This document shows positions 9,110 to 17,046 of a stretch of 24,000 nt of DNA, piece by piece. Position 1 is the stretch's first letter. Each line of letters opens with the position of its first letter. The DNA comes from Thermoplasmatales archaeon (GTDB taxonomy: Archaea; Thermoplasmatota; Thermoplasmata; Thermoplasmatales; Thermoplasmataceae), in NCBI GenBank assembly GCA_016806715.1, contig CP060531.1, forward strand, positions 705,966 through 729,965, read 5' to 3'. The notes below the pieces were generated by a model, which was not told the DNA's origin, made no database searches, and saw only the letters and a list, made by a program, of their open reading frames with translations. A program made the translations under genes and the position numbers.

Positions 9110-9367
9110 TTTGGTCTGAACGGCTCCCGCCGGAATACCGACCAGAGAGTTCATTTTATCCTCGCTGCTAAAGAGTTTCTTGACAGTGAGTTCCTTTTTA
9201 GCCAATGTGAATTCACGCATAGGCATGAGACTCATCTATTATCTACCTGTTGTTCAAACGGCAACGCGCGATATTTGATCGAAATAAACCAAACCGATTT
9301 TACTGAGGAGTCAAATTGTTATTCCGAAAGATAATTGCAAAAGGAACATACGGAAGTGTGTAAGCCA

Positions 9368-9390
9368 TTACACATTTATAAAATGTGTAA
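9368..9390. promoter_or_regulatory. Perfect 10-nt-arm palindrome centred on a TATA-like core; candidate promoter/operator of the downstream ATPase gene.
   Basis: The sequence is TTACACATTT-ATA-AAATGTGTAA. Additional TGTGTAA/ATGTAA copies lie at about 9356 and about 9412. A second AT-rich box, AATAATTAATATAT (9401-9414), lies 20 nt before ATG 9434. Confidence 0.4.
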
Positions 9391-9433
9391 TACAATACGA
9401 ATAATTAATATATGTAATGTGATACATATAATA

Positions 9434-10726
9434 ATGGAAAAGGCATTAATATTGAAGATCCTTGATTCATGGAATTTTTGGAGTCACGACCTGGATACAG
9501 GAATAAGCCGTAACAATTATGTAAACACCATACTAAGATTCATTGACGAATCCCAGATACCGATTGTTATCGAAACCGGGATCAGACGAGCTGGTAAGTC
9601 CTTTATCGCCAAGCAAACAGCAAGGGCGTTAATTGACAAAAACCTGCACAAGACCCAGGTCTTGATCATTAACCTCGAGGATGAACGTCTGATTGATAGG
9701 AACTATGAAACTCTCCTGGAAATGTACGAAGCTTACAAGACTAATATCAACCCGAGCGAGAAGACGATAATAATTCTCGATGAGGCCCAGGAAATAGATG
9801 GATGGGAACGATTTGTTAGAGGACTCACTGAAAGAGAAGAAGCAAAGTTCCTGATTACAGGTTCGTCATCGAAGTTGCTCGATTCTGAGTATTCAACATT
9901 GCTTTCCGGACGGCAGGTAGTGGTATACGTTCATCCTCTTGACCTTCTGGAATACAGGGAATTTACGAAGCGTGAGGGAAGCTTAAGCCATATCTTAAAG
10001 GAAGGGGGATTTCCTGCGGTCGCCCTTTCCAAGAGCAAGAATGATATCGTGTATAGCTACTTCAATACCATAATCCTGAAGGATGTTATCCAGAGATATC
10101 GGGTCAGGAAACAGGACGACCTCATTCACATCGCAAAATTTTATGTCACTAGTGTGGGCTCAAGGATTACATTTAACAGAGTGGCAAAATTCCTCGCTCT
10201 TCCGGTTAAGACTGCCTACAATCTTTCCAAGTATCTGGAAAACGCTTATCTTGTTTTTTTTGTGGAAAGGTTCTCATTTTCCAGCAAATCACAGAATAAC
10301 AGCCCCAAGAAAGTCTATTCCATAGACAACTCTTTTCCATCGCTTATAGGACTGAATCATGTTGAGGTCCTTGGAAGGCTCCTTGAGAACCTAATCGCAA
10401 GCACCCTCTACAAGATATCAAGACAAACGACTGATTTTCGATTTTTTTACTGGCACGAGAATGGGAAGGAAGTGGATTTTGTAGTGAAACGTAAAACGAA
10501 ATATGAGGCGTTCCAGGTCGCATATTCAGTCAAGGATGATAAAACAAAAACCAGGGAAATTTCGGCTTTGCTTGACTGTGCTGCGTATCTCAATCTGGAC
10601 AGTTGTCAAATAATAACCATGGAATATGCTAATGAGGAGGTGGTAGGAGGCATCACCATTACTTATGTGCCAGCCTCAGAATGGATAGCCGACATGCTGA
10701 ACAATTACGTTGCAGGATCTGCTTAA
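9434..10726 (+). CDS. AAA+ ATPase of the COG1373 type (AAA_14 N-domain plus a DUF4143 C-domain).
   Basis: Walker A-like GIRRAGKS, Walker B IIILDEAQEI, then ITGSSSKLL..LSGR and a C-terminal FFYWHENGKEVDFVV DUF4143-like block. I prefer the start at Met34 of track ORF 9335..10726 (MEKALILKIL), because the upstream 33 codons cover the AT-rich palindromic promoter region. Confidence 0.85.
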   Translation: MEKALILKILDSWNFWSHDLDTGISRNNYVNTILRFIDESQIPIVIETGIRRAGKSFIAKQTARALIDKNLHKTQVLIINLEDERLIDRNYETLLEMYEAYKTNINPSEKTIIILDEAQEIDGWERFVRGLTEREEAKFLITGSSSKLLDSEYSTLLSGRQVVVYVHPLDLLEYREFTKREGSLSHILKEGGFPAVALSKSKNDIVYSYFNTIILKDVIQRYRVRKQDDLIHIAKFYVTSVGSRITFNRVAKFLALPVKTAYNLSKYLENAYLVFFVERFSFSSKSQNNSPKKVYSIDNSFPSLIGLNHVEVLGRLLENLIASTLYKISRQTTDFRFFYWHENGKEVDFVVKRKTKYEAFQVAYSVKDDKTKTREISALLDCAAYLNLDSCQIITMEYANEEVVGGITITYVPASEWIADMLNNYVAGSA

Positions 10727-11462
10727 TATGATGTACATAACTGACATCATTCAGCGTTAAACCTATCAACCCAGCTAGAGTCCACCATTAACCAAACGCG
10801 TCATAACTGGAAAATTAAGGTAATCAGTACTGGCTATCCAACAATGCTCGCAGAACTTCTTTCGTCTTGATTAAATGTACCGCTTTTTCTTTCAGTATGA
10901 ACGGATATGTCAATAAGTCTAGCTACGCTTGGTATAACTACCAAACACCTTAATAATTGAAGAAACGTACTATTCGTACTTTTACTATGCGTATTTGGAC
11001 TGGCTTTATCTGAAATGTGCAAAATCTCTTCTTAATATATTGCGTAATGTCAAAATTGCAAAATAATCAGATTACTTTGGAATCATAAAGAATCATCAAG
11101 TTATAGATAATTTGCTGGTCCTGAATTAAAAATAAGTCCACACACTATAATTTTGCGTTTCCGAAATACTATAGTTAGATAGGTATGATAAGGAATACTT
11201 ATAATAATCATTGAACGCTCTTTGCGATTTTACAGTGCTTTCACTACACAATCGAGGTGAGCATGAACGTCAAACTTGTGTATATTGCACATAAGAATCC
11301 CTTGAACGCTGTCTTGTGCAATAAAATTGGGCATATAACGATGGCTCATTGAATAAGAAAACACTCTTCCACTCTGCGAAAAATTTATTAGTTAAAAACT
11401 CAATACAATTTTAGGGGTTAATACCTCATATCAGGAATTTTCCCTTTTTGTAGTGAGCCAAA

Positions 11463-12713
11463 ATGGAAACGGAAATGATTACGACCACATTGGAAGCGGC
11501 AAAAAGGCTAACCATAAACAAACAGTTTCTTTCCGGCAATGCACCGGATGGCTCATTCAACAATAAGCTAAAAACAATAATCAGGAACACAGGATACATT
11601 CAGTGGGATCCTGTTACAGTGGTGGCACCTTCGCATCTAATCTCAATATGGAGCAGGATCGGCAAATTTGACCATTCCGACCTGGATAATATGATGTGGA
11701 AAGACAAGGAGGCTCTCTTCCATTGGTCACCGACCGCCTGGATCGTCCTTACCGAGGACTATCCTATATTCTACTCATTAATGAAGCGCTACCCGGATTC
11801 CATGAGAAGAGGGTGGACATCTCACATTGAATCAGCGAAAAAAATTCTGGAATCCAACAATGGCCTGAAACAGAGGGTAATAAGCAGGTTGAAAGCAGGA
11901 CCGGCTGAAACAGGACACTTCAGGGGTTATGGTAACATAGAGAAAAGCCAGGACGGTTGGAGTTCTGGAAATGAGGTAAGCCAGTTGCTTTTCCACCTCC
12001 ATATGACGGGCGAAGTCATGGTTGTGGGACATTCAGCAAACCAGAATGTCTGGGCCTTAACCGATGATTTCCTTCCAGAGTGGGCTGATAGAACTATTTT
12101 TCCTATAGAAGAGTTAGAAAAAAGAACGGCAATTAGGGCACTAAAAGCTCTTGGGGTTGCACCTGAACTTGACATTTACCGCTATTTTGTTAGGGGTAGA
12201 TACACAAACCTCAAAGGTGTCCTGAAGCAGTTGGTTGAAGATGGGATAGTGGTTAAGATAAGAATCGAAGAACAGGCTAATGCCAAACCACATTACCTGT
12301 TGTCAGATGATAAGCGGTCGCTTGATTCCATCATGTCAGATAAGTGGGAGGCCCGCTTGAACCTCATTTCTCCATTTGACAATATGATCACATTGAGAGA
12401 GAGGGCTCAAAGAATGTTCAACTTTGATTATATTCTCGAACAGTTTCTTCCCAAGGAAAAGCGGAAGTTTGGAACATATGTGCTTCCTATTTTGTGGGAT
12501 TGCAACCTTGTTGGGAGGTTGGACGCGAAATTTGACAGGGATAAGGAGACTCTAAACATCAAAGGCGTATTTGCAGAACCTAAATTCCATAAAGACACCA
12601 TCATTGGAATCAATCTGCATAAGAAAGTTGAGGAATTTGCTGAATTTCTGGGCGCGGAGAAAATCCTATATGGCAAAGAGAAGCCGGAGAAATGGGCAAA
12701 ATATCTTAACTAA
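11463..12713 (+). CDS. AlkZ/YcaQ-family (DUF1006, winged-helix) DNA glycosylase homolog.
   Basis: The C-terminal block ISPFDNMITLRERAQRMFNFDYILEQFLPKEKRKFGTYVLPILWDCNLVGRLDAKFDR aligns by eye to E. coli YcaQ LSPFDPVVWDRKRAEQLFDFSYRLECYTPAPKRQYGYFVLPLLHRGQLVGRMDAKMHR. N-terminal IQWDPVTVVAPS matches YcaQ LQIDTINIVARS. Confidence 0.85.
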   Translation: METEMITTTLEAAKRLTINKQFLSGNAPDGSFNNKLKTIIRNTGYIQWDPVTVVAPSHLISIWSRIGKFDHSDLDNMMWKDKEALFHWSPTAWIVLTEDYPIFYSLMKRYPDSMRRGWTSHIESAKKILESNNGLKQRVISRLKAGPAETGHFRGYGNIEKSQDGWSSGNEVSQLLFHLHMTGEVMVVGHSANQNVWALTDDFLPEWADRTIFPIEELEKRTAIRALKALGVAPELDIYRYFVRGRYTNLKGVLKQLVEDGIVVKIRIEEQANAKPHYLLSDDKRSLDSIMSDKWEARLNLISPFDNMITLRERAQRMFNFDYILEQFLPKEKRKFGTYVLPILWDCNLVGRLDAKFDRDKETLNIKGVFAEPKFHKDTIIGINLHKKVEEFAEFLGAEKILYGKEKPEKWAKYLN

Positions 12714-12961
12714 TTCGATTAATCGAACAAGATTTATGAACAGGGCAATAAGTGATTTATTATCCCATCTTTCATTTTATGCTCGCTAACGACATCATAA
12801 AATTAGTATCATGGGGAAACCTGAGTCACACCTATACAGATCGCTCCCTGATTCTTCTCCCCCTAATAACGCTGAGGTCCAGTATCCAATTCGGTGTGGA
12901 GACTTACTTAGGCAGTTCTTAGATTCCGAAAGGTATTTCGTGCGAAAAGCGATTATAAATC

Positions 12962-13522
12962 ATGATGCCGAATTTCGAAAGCCAGATAAAAAAGGAAGAC
13001 AGCGCACTAATAGTCTGGGATATACAGGACACTCTGGTTTCCAGAGCTTTTAATGGTAAGGAGATACTCGGAAACGTGAAAACGCTTATAGATGCCGCAA
13101 GGAAAAACTCTGTTCCGGTCTTCTACACCAAGATCACGCCCCTCCCAGAGAAATTTGAATCCCCTTTGAGGAAGTCAATGGGCCGCGGAGGATTCAATCC
13201 AGGTGTCATAGCAAAGGAGATTTCACCCGCTGATGGGGATGTGGTTCTCAATAAGAATACCGCCAGCATTTTCATAGGCACCAATTTTGAACTGATGACA
13301 AGAAATGCCGGAATTCACACCCTGATATTTACTGGCATATCCACCGAGATAGGGGTTGAGACTTCTGCCAGGCACGCACAGAATCTCGGTTACCTGCCTG
13401 TTATTGTAGAGGATGCAGTAACCTCGTCAGATAAGGATGCTCATGAGCGAAGCCTGAAGAACTTGGCGAGAATGATGCCTGTCCTGAAGACTGGCAATGT
13501 TGTCAGGATAATGGAGAAGTAG
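12962..13522 (+). CDS. Isochorismatase-family hydrolase with Gly at the position of the usual nucleophilic Cys.
   Basis: 186 aa with ALIVWDIQD (Asp20), [11 protein letters not shown] (Lys98) and [19 protein letters not shown], where most family members have TxxCVxxT. Confidence 0.8.
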   Translation: MMPNFESQIKKEDSALIVWDIQDTLVSRAFNGKEILGNVKTLIDAARKNSVPVFYTKITPLPEKFESPLRKSMGRGGFNPGVIAKEISPADGDVVLNKNTASIFIGTNFELMTRNAGIHTLIFTGISTEIGVETSARHAQNLGYLPVIVEDAVTSSDKDAHERSLKNLARMMPVLKTGNVVRIMEK

Positions 13523-13610
13523 GTTTTGCATAAGTAATGCCTCCTTGGTATCAAAAGTGGAAGAATAATTCCTGGAGATTGATCTCTTTTACTCTTCGAC
13601 AGGACTTACC

Positions 13611-13656
13611 GGGTGATGCCAGTCTGCCCCAAGCTACCATGACTTGGGCATCACCC
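13611..13656. repeat. Long near-perfect inverted repeat (hairpin) in the non-coding gap.
   Basis: GGGTGATGCCAGTC (13611-13624) pairs with GACTTGGGCATCACCC (13641-13656), giving 14 bp plus a 2-nt bulge and a 16-nt loop. It lies about 90 nt downstream of the isochorismatase-family stop codon. Confidence 0.4.
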
Positions 13657-13965
13657 CTATTTTCTTATTTTCGATTATTATCCACTTTTCCAGAAGCCCT
13701 CTAGTTTGGCATGCACATTGTTTAACTTGCTGCTTGGAAAATCTTTGCTATAACACACAACCTCAGATGTTAAAGAGCTCCCGGTTCCTATACCCTGGAC
13801 AGCTTAATTTCAACCATTGAGTGCTATGCCTTTGTTGTGGTTTTCTCTCAATCAGTTCAAAATTTCAGTTTTGGGCTGGTGACCGATATAAGTGTTAGTT
13901 TCATGGGATACATATAACTCGTCCATTTTTAGGTACCCTTTTATTTCAACCCGCGATTATCAAGA

Positions 13966-14259
13966 ATGATTATTGCAGACGTTACGTTCTACCCGATAGG
14001 AAATGGAGTTTCTGCTGGAAAAACCATCAGGGAAGCCATTACCAAACTGAAGGAGAGTGGTTTCAAGTGCTACCCGAACAGCATGGCGACAGTGATTGAG
14101 GCAAACACACTTGAGCAGATATTCAGCGCGATTTCAAATGCTGAATCATTTATTGTCTCGAAAGGTTTCCAGAGAGTGGAAACTATAATCAAAATAGACC
14201 ACAGACTGGATCTTGAGAATACTGTTGAAAGGAAACTCAAGGCAATCAGGGAAGCTTAG
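13966..14259 (+). CDS. MTH1187/YkoF-family (DUF77) small thiamine-binding-type protein.
   Basis: 97 aa. The size and the N-terminal VTFYPIGNG..S pattern (ferredoxin-like fold) are typical of the MTH1187 family. Confidence 0.7.
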   Translation: MIIADVTFYPIGNGVSAGKTIREAITKLKESGFKCYPNSMATVIEANTLEQIFSAISNAESFIVSKGFQRVETIIKIDHRLDLENTVERKLKAIREA

Positions 14260-14621
14260 TGCCAGAGTGGAAGGATCACTACCAGTAACGGAGGTCAGCT
14301 GAATGCCATTTTCTGGGAACCATAATACCTGGTTCTTCTGTTAAGGTATTTCTGTAAGATTCTGTGTGATTATTGATGGTTTCCTCATCTTAACCAGAGA
14401 AACCGTACTGTCTATGAAATCAATAATCCATCGGATCTGCTTCTTCGGAGTACTAAAATATCCTCAAAGTGTTCGATATATACCTGTTATTTCATAAAAC
14501 CTGAGACGCCGAATAGTTGATTCATTCCTAATTTCATTGAACAGGACTGCGAATACATTTTGTTTTTGAATTGCCCTGAGAATTATTATTTATATGTAGA
14601 AGTCGTAGGAAAAGAGTAGAA

Positions 14622-14915
14622 ATGCTGAAACAGGGGTTATACGAACAGGTAATTAACCAGATTATTAGAAAAGAACTGGATTCTGATATACCACCAGTTT
14701 CCTCCATAGTTCCTATTGACCGGAAAGAAATCCCGAAGATATTATCTACATACCTTGCAGATATCATTGAAAAGGGCCTTGAAAGTGCCATGAATAAGGG
14801 TATCAGCCCTGCAACTCAGATAGGCTTGATCAATTCAACCATAAAGTCACTGTCAGATAAATTCGGAGATCCAGAACTGGCTGGGCTTTCTGTTGCAACT
14901 ATCCCTTTGCGCTGA
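14622..14915 (+). pseudogene. Orphaned N-terminal leader fragment of a PLD-nuclease/helicase/DUF3427-type protein (truncated gene remnant), or a small standalone ORF.
   Basis: MLKQGLYEQVINQIIRKEL....STYLADIIEKGL....QIGLINSTIKSL matches, from memory, the GLYEQLI...L / YL...I.KGL / QI.L.N.II..L N-terminus of large DUF3427-containing helicases. The ORF stops after 97 codons and is flanked by 362 and 377 bp without ORFs. Confidence 0.4.
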
Positions 14916-15292
14916 CCGCCCCACTATTTGAGGCGTTTTAATTATCTCAGGATAGTATCCCAAATCTTGGGTAATTCTAGAAGCCAATTCCAGGATCATT
15001 AGAGAAATGTTCCATATGAGGTATCCTTTATAAATGCACAAGCCTTGGGACACTATGTTTGACCTAATCCTACGTATTCTTGAAGAAACAAAGTTATTGA
15101 GTTTATTATAGGAACAAGAGTAATCTAATCACTCATCCAGTGGTAATATTTCTGATCCGCATATTCCTAGACCGTTTCTAATCAGCTTTGAGGCCATGAT
15201 AGCTTTGGTATTGCTGCAATATTTGTTAACTCAGTTCCAAAATAAATGTATGTTACCTTAACTGATTTCGGAGGTTTTCAGTGATACCCGTT

Positions 15293-16525
15293 TTACACAA
15301 CTATCTTCAGAGATACTGTATATTCATTTCCGTTTAGGTTAAACCGGATCAAGTTTTCATTGAGTTCTAACACCACTCTGCTCCCATAGTCAAACTCCTT
15401 ATGGTGATTAGGACACAGCACCAAAATATTCTTTGGCTCCTCTTTGCCACCCAAGCTTTTAGCCTTTATGTGCGCCCCCTCAATGTATAATCCCCCATTT
15501 TCCTTCTTAATAGAAACCCCACAAATCTGACATTTGAAACCTCTATTTTGTTTAATAAGAGAGATTGCCACTAGATCCCTTTTTAGACGCTTCCCATTAA
15601 TAACTATATACTCGTCCGGATTAGGACTCAGGGACCTGAGGCGATTTGCTACATCATCAGGAGATAAACCCTTCACGATTTTTTCGGTTCTCTCCTCTTC
15701 TTCAAAACTTGTTTGAGTTAACACTTCCAACTTAACATCAGTTGGCACTTTTTTAACTATGTTTGAGGAGAATGTTTGATTTGGAGGCCAAGGGCTTATT
15801 TGCCAATTAAAAAATATTCGATCGTCGGTATTAGTTACGGTAGAAAGGTACTTCAAAGTCCCTGCATAATAATATTTTTTATCCCCTTCAACTCTAATAA
15901 ATAGGTAAATTAGATCTCCTCGATTATTAGATTCTTTAAATCTTTGGATTTGGGGGTCACTTCTTTTCTGATGTTTTTGTGGGTGCCAACGAAGGATACC
16001 ACTTTCGTCAACCCACTCTTCACCAATGCCTTGGCTTCCCAGAGTCACGAAAAACAAAGTATCACCTTCTGAGGTTTTAACTGAAATTATGCCCGACTGT
16101 CTCCATGTTGGGGTCATTTCAGATTCTCCAAAAATCCTCAGCAAATCCTCTCTGCTATACAGATTATAAAGAACTAGGGAAGATCCAACAGTTCTCTGCA
16201 AATCAACCCTATACACTTTGAAAGACCCGTTAACACTTTTAATCCCCCAAATACCATGAATTGCAGGGTTGTAAAGTGTAACTGAAGCTCTCCCAAGCTT
16301 GAAAAGGAAATCATATTTCTCGCGAGGTTCCACAACCTCGCGTTGGTTGAAAAAATAATTTATTCTACCTAGGGAATTAACAGATGCAGAGTTAATAGTA
16401 TCTATCATGGACTGTTTATTGTCGTGTTCATAATGAGTTAATGCGTATTGTATAATTTCTTTATTAGTAGCAGTACCACCACTTGACATTACTGCTTCTT
16501 TGACCATTTCATACAAAGTTGGCAT
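15293..16525 (-). CDS. Three-domain nuclease: N-terminal winged-helix-like domain, central DUF3427-like domain and C-terminal HNH (HNH_2-type) endonuclease.
   Basis: The HNH region has C332xxC335, EGAHIKA (His352), N366, and LCPNHHKEFD (Cys371, His374/375), at nt about 15386-15538. The central region YSREDLLRIFG...DTLFFVTL...ILRWHPQ...DLIYLFIRVEGDKKYYYAGTLKY (nt about 15791-16174) follows the DUF3427 pattern. The N-terminus MPTLYEMVKEAV..GGTATNKEIIQYAL resembles Mrr_N-like wHTH modules. The gene is clearly AT-richer than the housekeeping genes. Confidence 0.75.
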   Translation of the reverse strand: MPTLYEMVKEAVMSSGGTATNKEIIQYALTHYEHDNKQSMIDTINSASVNSLGRINYFFNQREVVEPREKYDFLFKLGRASVTLYNPAIHGIWGIKSVNGSFKVYRVDLQRTVGSSLVLYNLYSREDLLRIFGESEMTPTWRQSGIISVKTSEGDTLFFVTLGSQGIGEEWVDESGILRWHPQKHQKRSDPQIQRFKESNNRGDLIYLFIRVEGDKKYYYAGTLKYLSTVTNTDDRIFFNWQISPWPPNQTFSSNIVKKVPTDVKLEVLTQTSFEEEERTEKIVKGLSPDDVANRLRSLSPNPDEYIVINGKRLKRDLVAISLIKQNRGFKCQICGVSIKKENGGLYIEGAHIKAKSLGGKEEPKNILVLCPNHHKEFDYGSRVVLELNENLIRFNLNGNEYTVSLKIVV

Positions 16526-17046
16526 ATTTAGTGTACGTTTTTATAAATAAAAACTTAAGCCATACAATTTACTCTTCTCAATCATCTGACCAATTGTCTT
16601 ATTCTTCATTTTAAGATGACTCATTCCATTTTTCTCAACACAATTCTCCCATCCTTAACGGAAATTCAACATCACCTAAGTTCTCGTAACCCTTGCATCT
16701 CCTCACTTCTGGAAGCATATACTCTACATCATCATTCATATCCATCCTTCCACATTTGTCCTCATTCCGAGACCGGCCACACCCTCATAATATCTCTTAT
16801 GGGCTTTTCTGCAATGAGGTTGCACATACTTTCCTAACCTCTTATGCCCGGCGAAATAGGAATATTCCTCTGGACAGGTTCCATCATTCATTGGTTCACG
16901 TCTGCTTTCTCTTTCCAACAGACTCTTCAATTTTACAGAGTTCCGCAAATTGCTACATTTGTTGAACTTTTGATGAGGCAAAAGTATTAATCTAAGTTAT
17001 GATATGAAGTTCAACACGGTTCCATGGGTATTAGACGGGGTAGATA

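Noticed and set aside
9029-9235. A 68-codon minus-strand ORF starts in the spacer and reads into the antisense of the tRNA-Trp 3' half. This resembles the int(N) fragment left when an SSV-type integrase gene is split by integration into a tRNA.
   Set aside because: The non-tRNA part (about 42 aa) has no recognisable integrase motif. A stop codon immediately precedes the start. I could not find a second copy of the tRNA 3' segment (att) or an int(C) fragment downstream. It is most likely a chance ORF.
12811-13053. An 80-aa plus-strand ORF overlapping the start of the isochorismatase-family gene.
   Set aside because: It is out of frame with, and overlapped by, a gene with clear family motifs, and it has no motifs of its own.
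13523-13965. A TPP (THI-box) riboswitch upstream of the MTH1187/YkoF-like gene. This was a reasonable suspicion because TPP riboswitches are known in Thermoplasmatales and YkoF-type proteins bind thiamine.
   Set aside because: Only a partial GAUGCCAG match to the ACCUGAUCUGGAUAAUGCCAGCG core is present. There is no CUGAGA element in the right position. The matching segment is instead part of a long simple hairpin.
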